A stretch of DNA of 64,000 nucleotides. It comes from Eledone cirrhosa (taxonomy: Eukaryota). A model generated the notes under the pieces. That model saw only the letters and a program-made list of their open reading frames with translations, made no database searches and had not been told where the DNA came from. The DNA lies in assembly GCA_964016885.1 (NCBI GenBank), contig OZ024743.1:233244001-233308000 (forward strand). Direction: 5' to 3'. Position numbers and translations under genes: made by a program. Below are positions 22,879 through 38,860 of the stretch, in pieces. Numbering within the stretch: the stretch's first letter is position 1; each line of letters begins with the position of its first letter.

Positions 22879-24089
22879 CTAGTTAGTAAAAAATAAACCA
22901 AAAAAAGGATTTTTAAGTATTTTTTTTTTTGGTAAATTTTCAACTCTTTTAGGTTGTTAACAAATATACCAGGAACAATAGATCAGATGGACCAAGTATG
23001 TTAAATCAGACAAACCATGTATAAATATTTTTTTGTGTGTGTTGAGCAAGAGACTCCTAGTCTTCATTTAGACATCTCTCTAGAAGGTTACTCTGATATA
23101 AAACTTGTGACTTCATTTGCATCCAATGATGTAGACCAGTTCTTCTTTTTGGGCAAATGCATTCGATGTTCAGAGAGTGGGATTGGACCCGTGCAAAGCT
23201 TTTCCTCACTTTAAAAAGCTTCAAGCACAGGCATCGCTTAATATTTGCCATTTTTGCGATGCATGGTATTGCTAGCTATAGGCAAGTCCCTACCAGGACT
23301 AAATTGCCACATCCACGATACTCATGCTTAAGTATCAAGCGATGGCATTATTCGAAATCAAGTCATTAAGACGTCGGATAGAATGCTTTACGGTATTCGT
23401 CCCACCTCATTGCGCGCTCAGAGTTCAAATCTCACCATGGTCAACTTTGCCTTTCATCATTCGAGGTTGATAAAAAAAAAGTACCAGTCTAGTACCAGGA
23501 CCGATTCTTCCTCTATAGAAAAAAAATCGTTTGTGTTCAGACCTGAAGAGGGTTGGGCACCACCAAGTTTAAAGGTGCCCTAGATACACTGTATGACAGT
23601 GCCCCTACAACTCCACAAGGAGTTATGGGATCTTTATCCTTTTACACACACACATAATTATGTTACCATCAATTTTTGACCAGATATTCTTCATGATGCC
23701 AACTCTTAATTACTGCTTACAACACACAAACACACATGTATGTATGTATGTATTTATGTATGTATGTATCATCCTCATCATCACCGTTTTACGTCCGTTC
23801 TTCCATGCTAGCATGGATTAGACGAATTGTCCTGTTGTGGGCAGTGTCTGGTCGGCTGACCATGCCTTGCTCATACAGGAACTGATTTTGGCTTGATTTC
23901 TACAGCTGGATGCCTTTCCTAACACCAACCTCATTTACAGTGTGGGCTGGGTGCTTTTTTGCCGTGGCACCTCCACGACCACCTTGCAGTGGGAGGGTGT
24001 GAGGGCATATTGTCTATTTGCTTCAGCTTGTACCCATGGGAGGTCGGGTACTCTGTATTACTGCGCGACGCCAGAGGTCTCGGTCGTGT

Positions 24090-24156
24090 GTGTATGTATA
24101 TATATATATATATACATACATACATACATATACATACAGAATAATAAAGATAGACA

Positions 24157-24223
<67 letters not shown>

Positions 24224-25169
24224 ACATATACATATATATACATATACATATATATACATATACATATACATATATATACATATACATATACATATACATA
24301 CATATACATATATATACATATATATACATATACATATATATACATATACATACATATACATATATATATACATATACATATATATACATATACATACATA
24401 TACATATATATACATATACATATATATACATATATATACATATACATATATATACATATACATATATATACATATACATATATATACATATACATATATA
24501 TACATATATATACATATACATATATATACATATACATATATATACATATACATATATATACATATACATATATATACATATACATATATATACATATACA
24601 TATATATACATATACATATATATACATATATATACATATATATATACATATATATATACATATATATATACATATACATATATATACATATACATATATA
24701 TACATACATATACATATATATGCATATACATATATATACATATACATATATATACATACATATACATATATATACATATACATACATATATATACATATA
24801 TACATATATATATATACATATATACATATATATACATATATATATATACATATATATATATACATATATATATATACATATATATATATACATATATATA
24901 TATACATATATATATATACATATATATATATACATATATATATATACATATATATATATACATATATATATATACATATATACATATACATATATATATA
25001 TACATATATACATATATATATATACATATACATATATATATATACATATATATACATATATATATATACATACATATATATACATATATATATATACATA
25101 CATATACATATATATATATATACATACATATATATACATATATATATATACATACATATATACATATAC

Positions 25170-25200
<31 letters not shown>

Positions 25201-25244
25201 CATATATACATATATATATACATATATACATATATATATATATA
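24090..25244. repeat. (TA)n/(CATA)n compound microsatellite
   Basis: Direct inspection. Confidence 0.95.
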
Positions 25245-25368
25245 TGAATATAGACATAGAATATTCGAAAATATTCTGTATGTTTATAATAAACATTTTG
25301 AAGACCTAATCGCTATAGAATAGAATACGTCACGTATTACAATTAGATTCTCGATAAAAGCAAGGGAA

Positions 25369-25411
25369 GTAATCTACGCGTTTCATTCTCGTTAGAAATC
25401 ATCAGGACTAC
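25369..25411 (-). ncRNA. Minimal type I hammerhead ribozyme, inverted arm (also at 25679-25721 and 25989-26031)
   Basis: Exact reverse complement of the plus-strand motif. Confidence 0.82.
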
Positions 25412-26253
25412 ATATCCAGTGCTTTTATCGAGAATGACACAGCTAGAGACTTATAGAATACTTAGCTGTGTACAGGAACTGGTTTGAAAGAGCGGTTGCC
25501 GGTCCGGCAGAAATTAGAAATCGGAATAAATGCTCTGAAATAGCGATATATATGTGAATATAGACATAGAATATTCGAAAATATTCTGTATGTTTATAAT
25601 AAACATTTTGAAGACCTAATCGCTATAGAATAGAATACGTCACGTATTACAATTAGATTCTCGATAAAAGCAAGGGAAGTAATCTACGCGTTTCATTCTC
25701 GTTAGAAATCATCAGGACTACATATCCAGTGCTTTTATCGAGAATGACACAGCTAGAGACTTATAGAATACTTAGCTGTGTACAGGAACTGGTTTGAAAG
25801 AGCGGTTGCCGGTCCGGCAGAAATTAGAAATCGGAATAAATGCTCTGAAATAGCGATATATATGTGAATATAGACATAGAATATTCGAAAATATTCTGTA
25901 TGTTTATAATAAACATTTTGAAGACCTAATCGCTATAGAATAGAATACGTCACGTATTACAATTAGATTCTCGATAAAAGCAAGGGAAGTAATCTACGCG
26001 TTTCATTCTCGTTAGAAATCATCAGGACTACATATCCAGTGCTTTTTAGGTCTTCAAAATGTTTATTATAAACATACAGAATATTTTCGAATATTCTATG
26101 TCTATATTCACATATATATCGCTATTTCAGAGCATTTATTCCGATTTCTAATTTCTGCCGGACCGGCAACCGCTCTTTCAAACCAGTTCCTGTACACAGC
26201 TAAGTATTCTATAAGTCTCTAGCTGTGTCATTCTCGATAAAAGCACTGGATAT

Positions 26254-26296
26254 GTAGTCCTGATGATTTCTAACGAGAATGAAACGCGTAGATTAC
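26254..26296 (+). ncRNA. Minimal type I hammerhead ribozyme, first of 22 plus-strand copies spaced 310 bp apart
   Basis: GUAGUC-CUGAUGA-U(UUCU AACG AGAA)U-GAAA-C GC G-UA^GAUUAC: core boxes, 6-bp stem I, stem II, palindromic ACGCGU helix III, GUA cleavage triplet. Confidence 0.85.
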
Positions 26297-29200
26297 TTCC
26301 CTTGCTTTTATCGAGAATCTAATTGTAATACGTGACGTATTCTATTCTATAGCGATTAGGTCTTCAAAATGTTTATTATAAACATACAGAATATTTTCGA
26401 ATATTCTATGTCTATATTCACATATATATCGCTATTTCAGAGCATTTATTCCGATTTCTAATTTCTGCCGGACCGGCAACCGCTCTTTCAAACCAGTTCC
26501 TGTACACAGCTAAGTATTCTATAAGTCTCTAGCTGTGTCATTCTCGATAAAAGCACTGGATATGTAGTCCTGATGATTTCTAACGAGAATGAAACGCGTA
26601 GATTACTTCCCTTGCTTTTATCGAGAATCTAATTGTAATACGTGACGTATTCTATTCTATAGCGATTAGGTCTTCAAAATGTTTATTATAAACATACAGA
26701 ATATTTTCGAATATTCTATGTCTATATTCACATATATATCGCTATTTCAGAGCATTTATTCCGATTTCTAATTTCTGCCGGACCGGCAACCGCTCTTTCA
26801 AACCAGTTCCTGTACACAGCTAAGTATTCTATAAGTCTCTAGCTGTGTCATTCTCGATAAAAGCACTGGATATGTAGTCCTGATGATTTCTAACGAGAAT
26901 GAAACGCGTAGATTACTTCCCTTGCTTTTATCGAGAATCTAATTGTAATACGTGACGTATTCTATTCTATAGCGATTAGGTCTTCAAAATGTTTATTATA
27001 AACATACAGAATATTTTCGAATATTCTATGTCTATATTCACATATATATCGCTATTTCAGAGCATTTATTCCGATTTCTAATTTCTGCCGGACCGGCAAC
27101 CGCTCTTTCAAACCAGTTCCTGTACACAGCTAAGTATTCTATAAGTCTCTAGCTGTGTCATTCTCGATAAAAGCACTGGATATGTAGTCCTGATGATTTC
27201 TAACGAGAATGAAACGCGTAGATTACTTCCCTTGCTTTTATCGAGAATCTAATTGTAATACGTGACGTATTCTATTCTATAGCGATTAGGTCTTCAAAAT
27301 GTTTATTATAAACATACAGAATATTTTCGAATATTCTATGTCTATATTCACATATATATCGCTATTTCAGAGCATTTATTCCGATTTCTAATTTCTGCCG
27401 GACCGGCAACCGCTCTTTCAAACCAGTTCCTGTACACAGCTAAGTATTCTATAAGTCTCTAGCTGTGTCATTCTCGATAAAAGCACTGGATATGTAGTCC
27501 TGATGATTTCTAACGAGAATGAAACGCGTAGATTACTTCCCTTGCTTTTATCGAGAATCTAATTGTAATACGTGACGTATTCTATTCTATAGCGATTAGG
27601 TCTTCAAAATGTTTATTATAAACATACAGAATATTTTCGAATATTCTATGTCTATATTCACATATATATCGCTATTTCAGAGCATTTATTCCGATTTCTA
27701 ATTTCTGCCGGACCGGCAACCGCTCTTTCAAACCAGTTCCTGTACACAGCTAAGTATTCTATAAGTCTCTAGCTGTGTCATTCTCGATAAAAGCACTGGA
27801 TATGTAGTCCTGATGATTTCTAACGAGAATGAAACGCGTAGATTACTTCCCTTGCTTTTATCGAGAATCTAATTGTAATACGTGACGTATTCTATTCTAT
27901 AGCGATTAGGTCTTCAAAATGTTTATTATAAACATACAGAATATTTTCGAATATTCTATGTCTATATTCACATATATATCGCTATTTCAGAGCATTTATT
28001 CCGATTTCTAATTTCTGCCGGACCGGCAACCGCTCTTTCAAACCAGTTCCTGTACACAGCTAAGTATTCTATAAGTCTCTAGCTGTGTCATTCTCGATAA
28101 AAGCACTGGATATGTAGTCCTGATGATTTCTAACGAGAATGAAACGCGTAGATTACTTCCCTTGCTTTTATCGAGAATCTAATTGTAATACGTGACGTAT
28201 TCTATTCTATAGCGATTAGGTCTTCAAAATGTTTATTATAAACATACAGAATATTTTCGAATATTCTATGTCTATATTCACATATATATCGCTATTTCAG
28301 AGCATTTATTCCGATTTCTAATTTCTGCCGGACCGGCAACCGCTCTTTCAAACCAGTTCCTGTACACAGCTAAGTATTCTATAAGTCTCTAGCTGTGTCA
28401 TTCTCGATAAAAGCACTGGATATGTAGTCCTGATGATTTCTAACGAGAATGAAACGCGTAGATTACTTCCCTTGCTTTTATCGAGAATCTAATTGTAATA
28501 CGTGACGTATTCTATTCTATAGCGATTAGGTCTTCAAAATGTTTATTATAAACATACAGAATATTTTCGAATATTCTATGTCTATATTCACATATATATC
28601 GCTATTTCAGAGCATTTATTCCGATTTCTAATTTCTGCCGGACCGGCAACCGCTCTTTCAAACCAGTTCCTGTACACAGCTAAGTATTCTATAAGTCTCT
28701 AGCTGTGTCATTCTCGATAAAAGCACTGGATATGTAGTCCTGATGATTTCTAACGAGAATGAAACGCGTAGATTACTTCCCTTGCTTTTATCGAGAATCT
28801 AATTGTAATACGTGACGTATTCTATTCTATAGCGATTAGGTCTTCAAAATGTTTATTATAAACATACAGAATATTTTCGAATATTCTATGTCTATATTCA
28901 CATATATATCGCTATTTCAGAGCATTTATTCCGATTTCTAATTTCTGCCGGACCGGCAACCGCTCTTTCAAACCAGTTCCTGTACACAGCTAAGTATTCT
29001 ATAAGTCTCTAGCTGTGTCATTCTCGATAAAAGCACTGGATATGTAGTCCTGATGATTTCTAACGAGAATGAAACGCGTAGATTACTTCCCTTGCTTTTA
29101 TCGAGAATCTAATTGTAATACGTGACGTATTCTATTCTATAGCGATTAGGTCTTCAAAATGTTTATTATAAACATACAGAATATTTTCGAATATTCTATG

Positions 29201-32200
29201 TCTATATTCACATATATATCGCTATTTCAGAGCATTTATTCCGATTTCTAATTTCTGCCGGACCGGCAACCGCTCTTTCAAACCAGTTCCTGTACACAGC
29301 TAAGTATTCTATAAGTCTCTAGCTGTGTCATTCTCGATAAAAGCACTGGATATGTAGTCCTGATGATTTCTAACGAGAATGAAACGCGTAGATTACTTCC
29401 CTTGCTTTTATCGAGAATCTAATTGTAATACGTGACGTATTCTATTCTATAGCGATTAGGTCTTCAAAATGTTTATTATAAACATACAGAATATTTTCGA
29501 ATATTCTATGTCTATATTCACATATATATCGCTATTTCAGAGCATTTATTCCGATTTCTAATTTCTGCCGGACCGGCAACCGCTCTTTCAAACCAGTTCC
29601 TGTACACAGCTAAGTATTCTATAAGTCTCTAGCTGTGTCATTCTCGATAAAAGCACTGGATATGTAGTCCTGATGATTTCTAACGAGAATGAAACGCGTA
29701 GATTACTTCCCTTGCTTTTATCGAGAATCTAATTGTAATACGTGACGTATTCTATTCTATAGCGATTAGGTCTTCAAAATGTTTATTATAAACATACAGA
29801 ATATTTTCGAATATTCTATGTCTATATTCACATATATATCGCTATTTCAGAGCATTTATTCCGATTTCTAATTTCTGCCGGACCGGCAACCGCTCTTTCA
29901 AACCAGTTCCTGTACACAGCTAAGTATTCTATAAGTCTCTAGCTGTGTCATTCTCGATAAAAGCACTGGATATGTAGTCCTGATGATTTCTAACGAGAAT
30001 GAAACGCGTAGATTACTTCCCTTGCTTTTATCGAGAATCTAATTGTAATACGTGACGTATTCTATTCTATAGCGATTAGGTCTTCAAAATGTTTATTATA
30101 AACATACAGAATATTTTCGAATATTCTATGTCTATATTCACATATATATCGCTATTTCAGAGCATTTATTCCGATTTCTAATTTCTGCCGGACCGGCAAC
30201 CGCTCTTTCAAACCAGTTCCTGTACACAGCTAAGTATTCTATAAGTCTCTAGCTGTGTCATTCTCGATAAAAGCACTGGATATGTAGTCCTGATGATTTC
30301 TAACGAGAATGAAACGCGTAGATTACTTCCCTTGCTTTTATCGAGAATCTAATTGTAATACGTGACGTATTCTATTCTATAGCGATTAGGTCTTCAAAAT
30401 GTTTATTATAAACATACAGAATATTTTCGAATATTCTATGTCTATATTCACATATATATCGCTATTTCAGAGCATTTATTCCGATTTCTAATTTCTGCCG
30501 GACCGGCAACCGCTCTTTCAAACCAGTTCCTGTACACAGCTAAGTATTCTATAAGTCTCTAGCTGTGTCATTCTCGATAAAAGCACTGGATATGTAGTCT
30601 TGATGATTTCTAACGAGAATGAAACGCGTAGATTACTTCCCTTGCTTTTATCGAGAATCTAATTGTAATACGTGACGTATTCTATTCTATAGCGATTAGG
30701 TCTTCAAAATGTTTATTATAAACATACAGAATATTTTCGAATATTCTATGTCTATATTCACATATATATCGCTATTTCAGAGCATTTATTCCGATTTCTA
30801 ATTTCTGCCGGACCGGCAACCGCTCTTTCAAACCAGTTCCTGTACACAGCTAAGTATTCTATAAGTCTCTAGCTGTGTCATTCTCGATAAAAGCACTGGA
30901 TATGTAGTCCTGATGATTTCTAACGAGAATGAAACGCGTAGATTACTTCCCTTGCTTTTATCGAGAATCTAATTGTAATACGTGACGTATTCTATTCTAT
31001 AGCGATTAGGTCTTCAAAATGTTTATTATAAACATACAGAATATTTTCGAATATTCTATGTCTATATTCACATATATATCGCTATTTCAGAGCATTTATT
31101 CCGATTTCTAATTTCTGCCGGACCGGCAACCGCTCTTTCAAACCAGTTCCTGTACACAGCTAAGTATTCTATAAGTCTCTAGCTGTGTCATTCTCGATAA
31201 AAGCACTGGATATGTAGTCCTGATGATTTCTAACGAGAATGAAACGCGTAGATTACTTCCCTTGCTTTTATCGAGAATCTAATTGTAATACGTGACGTAT
31301 TCTATTCTATAGCGATTAGGTCTTCAAAATGTTTATTATAAACATACAGAATATTTTCGAATATTCTATGTCTATATTCACATATATATCGCTATTTCAG
31401 AGCATTTATTCCGATTTCTAATTTCTGCCGGACCGGCAACCGCTCTTTCAAACCAGTTCCTGTACACAGCTAAGTATTCTATAAGTCTCTAGCTGTGTCA
31501 TTCTCGATAAAAGCACTGGATATGTAGTCCTGATGATTTCTAACGAGAATGAAACGCGTAGATTACTTCCCTTGCTTTTATCGAGAATCTAATTGTAATA
31601 CGTGACGTATTCTATTCTATAGCGATTAGGTCTTCAAAATGTTTATTATAAACATACAGAATATTTTCGAATATTCTATGTCTATATTCACATATATATC
31701 GCTATTTCAGAGCATTTATTCCGATTTCTAATTTCTGCCGGACCGGCAACCGCTCTTTCAAACCAGTTCCTGTACACAGCTAAGTATTCTATAAGTCTCT
31801 AGCTGTGTCATTCTCGATAAAAGCACTGGATATGTAGTCCTGATGATTTCTAACGAGAATGAAACGCGTAGATTACTTCCCTTGCTTTTATCGAGAATCT
31901 AATTGTAATACGTGACGTATTCTATTCTATAGCGATTAGGTCTTCAAAATGTTTATTATAAACATACAGAATATTTTCGAATATTCTATGTCTATATTCA
32001 CATATATATCGCTATTTCAGAGCATTTATTCCGATTTCTAATTTCTGCCGGACCGGCAACCGCTCTTTCAAACCAGTTCCTGTACACAGCTAAGTATTCT
32101 ATAAGTCTCTAGCTGTGTCATTCTCGATAAAAGCACTGGATATGTAGTCCTGATGATTTCTAACGAGAATGAAACGCGTAGATTACTTCCCTTGCTTTTA

Positions 32201-32965
32201 TCGAGAATCTAATTGTAATACGTGACGTATTCTATTCTATAGCGATTAGGTCTTCAAAATGTTTATTATAAACATACAGAATATTTTCGAATATTCTATG
32301 TCTATATTCACATATATATCGCTATTTCAGAGCATTTATTCCGATTTCTAATTTCTGCCGGACCGGCAACCGCTCTTTCAAACCAGTTCCTGTACACAGC
32401 TAAGTATTCTATAAGTCTCTAGCTGTGTCATTCTCGATAAAAGCACTGGATATGTAGTCCTGATGATTTCTAACGAGAATGAAACGCGTAGATTACTTCC
32501 CTTGCTTTTATCGAGAATCTAATTGTAATACGTGACGTATTCTATTCTATAGCGATTAGGTCTTCAAAATGTTTATTATAAACATACAGAATATTTTCGA
32601 ATATTCTATGTCTATATTCACATATATATCGCTATTTCAGAGCATTTATTCCGATTTCTAATTTCTGCCGGACCGGCAACCGCTCTTTCAAACCAGTTCC
32701 TGTACACAGCTAAGTATTCTATAAGTCTCTAGCTGTGTCATTCTCGATAAAAGCACTGGGTATGTAGTCCTGATGATTTCTAACGAGAATGAAACGCGTA
32801 GATTACTTCCCTTGCTTTTATCGAGAATCTAATTGTAATACGTGACGTATTCTATTCTATAGCGATTAGGTCTTCAAAATGTTTATTATAAACATACAGA
32901 ATATTTTCGAATATTCTATGTCTATATTCACATATATATCGCTATTTCAGAGCATTTATTCCGAT

Positions 32966-35094
<2,129 letters not shown>

Positions 35095-35341
35095 GTAGAT
35101 AAATCTACCAAGAGTTTACGGTAGTGTCCAATCCGTATGAAGAACTCAATGTATTCCGGATATCATGGAAAGAAGAGATGTAATGAAAAATCACTTTCGG
35201 TGAAAGATAAACGGTATACAGAGTCAAGATAAAATATTAAACAAATAATGAATAAAACAATGAAACAGTTCCTTATATTAAACAAAAAAAGTTCATTATT
35301 TAACGATCGTTTCTAGGATATATATGTGTTAGAATTGGCAT

Positions 35342-35902
35342 GCATATTCAACAACAAATAACATAAAACAAAATATAAGTGCCTATAATGCATATAAATG
35401 TAAGAAAACCATAAGTATACCACCAGTACATCAAATTAACCATAATATCTCCTCAAATACAGAATTAACGAAAGGTTGTAACTGTAGAAACAAAGCAAAC
35501 TGCCCATTAAAAGGGAATTGTCTTGTTAACAACATAGTCTATAAATGTAATGTTAAAACTAAAGATTCTATTTGCTCATATATAGGAGCTACCTCTAACA
35601 ATTTTAAGACAAGGTTTAATACCCACAAGCATAGTTTTAAAAATGCCGCACTGGCTAATACAACATCTCTAGCAGAAAAAATCAATAGTTATAAAAATAA
35701 GAATATAGAATATGATTTGACCTGGAGTGTGCTCAAAAGAGCCACCCCTTATCAAAATAATAGAAATGAATGTAGATTATGTTCCCAAGAACTATTTGAA
35801 ATAATGAAATCTAAGGATATCCTATTAAATAAACGACAGGAATTAATTATATCGTGTAATCATAAACTAAAAAAAACATTTAAATATTATAAACCTAATT
35901 AA
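35342..35902 (+). pseudogene. Penelope-like ORF C-terminus: Cys-rich linker and GIY-YIG endonuclease
   Basis: Open frame AYSTTNNIKQNISAYN...GCNCRNKANCPLKGNCLVNNIVYKC...SYIGATSNNFKTRFNTHKHSF...CRLCSQE...LLNKRQELIISCNH; in frame with ORF 35717-35902. Confidence 0.88.
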
Positions 35903-36394
35903 TAACATTATTTTAGAAATTAATTTAATTTAAATGTTAGTTAACCTATAAATTTAATTTAATTAAAATTCTACTACAGATGAGAATATAAAATATTGTG
36001 TAATCATAAATTGTGAAAAACCTTTAAATATTACTAATATATACTTAGTAATTTAATTTATAGATTAATTTTAATTTATTTAAACCTTTTATTAAAATTC
36101 CTTTACAGATAAAATATAACAAAATATCGTGTATCCAATGACAGAGAAATAATTTTTAGTATTATAGACCTAATTAATATACATTTTAGAAATATATTTA
36201 TAATTTGGTTTTAAATTTAGTCAACCTAAAAATTTAATTTAATTGGCTTAAAATTAGTATCCTTATACAGACGGATTGCAGAGTGTCATGTAATCATAGA
36301 ATGGGATGTGTTTTGGATGTATACCTAGTTAATATATTCTTTGCAATTTTTGAAAAAATATGTATATGTATGTATGTATATATATGTGTATGTA

Positions 36395-36433
<39 letters not shown>

Positions 36434-36989
36434 GTGTATGTATATGTATATGTATATGTATTAATTTTGATTTCTATTTGCATATAATTATATTCTGCTA
36501 TTGATAAAATACAATATCTGTTTTATTTATTATATACCTAATTAACATATACTATAGAAATTAATATATAATTTTTAATTTAGTTAACCTATAATTTATA
36601 TTCTACTACCGATGTAATACTTTATTTGTTTTTTCCCTATTACTAAATTCATTTCCTAATATTGATACCATAACGTTAATAACCTTAATTTAGTTATACT
36701 ATAATTAATACTCTACTACTATTTAACTTCAAAATTCTGCTTCAAATATTATAAACCTAACTAATTTACACCTTAGAAATCAATATGTTAACTATCTTTA
36801 GTTTAGTTAACATATAATTAATGGTATACTTATTTTGAAATGCATAATTTTGCCTTATTTCTTGTATTTCCTAACACTGAAACTATGTAAAAACATATAT
36901 TGGGATCCAGATACAGATAATATTCTATGTTTCTTGAAACATATATTTACTATAATCCCCTTCTCCAACCCCCCCCCCTTTCCCCCATA

Positions 36990-37435
36990 CTATTATCATC
37001 TGTGTTTGTAAGCGTGTATGTATGAATATATATGTAGGTAGGTGTATATATGTTTGGGTATTTATATCTGAATATAAAAATACATATATGCGCATGCAAA
37101 TAAGAATGTAAGATTGTGTGTGTATATATATGTGTGTATGTATATATATATGTGTATATATGCATGTGTATATATATGTGTATATGTATATATATATATA
37201 TGTGTATATGTGTGTATGTGTGTGGGCGTGTATGTGTGTGTGTATATATATATATATATATGTGTGTATGTATGTGTATATATATATGTGTATATATATG
37301 TATGTCTCTCTATATATATGTCTATCTTCGTATCTATGTGGGTATATGTGTGTATGTACATGTATGCACATGTATGTGTTTATGTGTATATGTGTGTATG
37401 TGTATATATGTACGTGTGCGCACATATATATGTGA

Positions 37436-37473
<38 letters not shown>

Positions 37474-37506
37474 GTATATCTATGTGTGTATATATGTCTA
37501 TATTCG

Positions 37507-37537
<31 letters not shown>

Positions 37538-38093
37538 TATTTATTATTATAATATAACTTATGTGTATGTGTGTATATGTGAGGGTGTGTATATGTATAT
37601 ATATGTATATATATGTGTAAAAAAAAAATATATATGTGTATGTGTGTTTTTTTTGTGTGTGTGTATATATATGTATGTATATATGTGTGTATGTGTGTGT
37701 TTGTATGTGTGTTTATGGTTGTATGTGTGTGTGGGTGTATATATATAAATGTATGTGTATATATATATATGTGTATATGTATCTCTATTAATGTGTGTAT
37801 ATATGTATATGTATATACCTTTTTCTTTGTATGTCTGAGTTGTGTGAGAGTGTAGTGGTGTTTGTATGTATATACGCATATATGGATGCGTATGTATTTG
37901 TATATATGAGTATATGTAAGTGCGTATGTATGTATGAATATATATCTATGTCTATGTATGAGTATATATGTGTGTGTATGTATGTTGTGTGTGTATGTAT
38001 GTATGTGTCTATGTGTGTATATATATATATATATATGTGTGTGTATGTATGTATGTATGTGTATGTATGTACATATATGTCTATGTATATGTG

Positions 38094-38130
<37 letters not shown>

Positions 38131-38647
38131 TTATTTTATATATATGTGTGTGTGTGTATATGTGTGTGTGTGTATATATATCTTTATATATGTGTATGTG
38201 TATGTTCGTGTAGGTGTATGTGTGTGTATGACTATATATGTATGTGTGTATGTGTGTATGTATGTATATGTATGTGTGTGTACATGTATGTATGTGTATG
38301 TATATATATGTGTGTATATGTGTATGTATATATATATATATATATGTGTATATATATATATATATGTATATGTATCTCTATTTGTATGTGTATATGTGTA
38401 TAGGTATATACCTTTTTCTTTGTATGTCTGAGTTGTGTGAGAGTGTAGTGGTGTTTGTATGTATATACCGATATATGGATGCGTAAGTATTTGTGTGTAT
38501 GTATGTATGTATGTCTGTATGTATTTGTGTGTATATATAGGTATGTATGTGTATATCTGTATGTATATAAGTATGTATGTGTATGTATATGTGCGTGTAT
38601 GTGTATATATATGTGTGTCTATATATATATGTGTGATTATATGTGTA

Positions 38648-38688
<41 letters not shown>

Positions 38689-38782
38689 GTATGTGTGTAT
38701 ATGTGTGTATGTGTGTATATGTATATGTTTATATATGTGTGTGTATGTGTGTTCTAAGTGTAGATGTGTGTATATGTATGTG

Positions 38783-38855
<73 letters not shown>

Positions 38856-38860
38856 TTTCT
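36990..38860. repeat. (TG/TA)n compound tract with a ~600-bp-spaced internal duplication
   Basis: atacctttt..ctttgtatgtctgagttgtgtgagagtgtagtggtg occurs at ~37815 and ~38408. Confidence 0.85.

Larger units (their letters stand above)
25245..32965. mobile_element. Tandem array of 310-bp hammerhead-containing units (retrozyme-like): ~2.6 inverted units at 25245-26046, then 22 full and one partial direct unit at 26047-32965
   Basis: tcttcaaaat recurs at 26051+310n up to 32871; the left arm is the reverse complement; no meaningful ORF; flanked by (TA)n. Confidence 0.93.

Noticed and set aside
23931-25309. YI/YM-rich ORFs here and at 32.9-35.1, 36.9-38.9, 39.6-42.9, 54, 56.6-58.5, 60.1-60.6 and 63.3-63.8 kb
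   Set aside because: Artefacts of (TA)n/(CATA)n microsatellites
25290-25345. Possible opposite-polarity hammerhead in the unit (TTGAAGA...GAATAC)
   Set aside because: Lacks the CUGA and GAAA boxes and has no stem I, so the unit is not ambisense-ribozyme by eye
25245-32965. CRISPR array, or tandem tRNA/5S/snRNA gene cluster
   Set aside because: Units are identical with no unique spacers; eukaryotic intron; no cloverleaf, A/B box or recognisable snRNA/5S sequence
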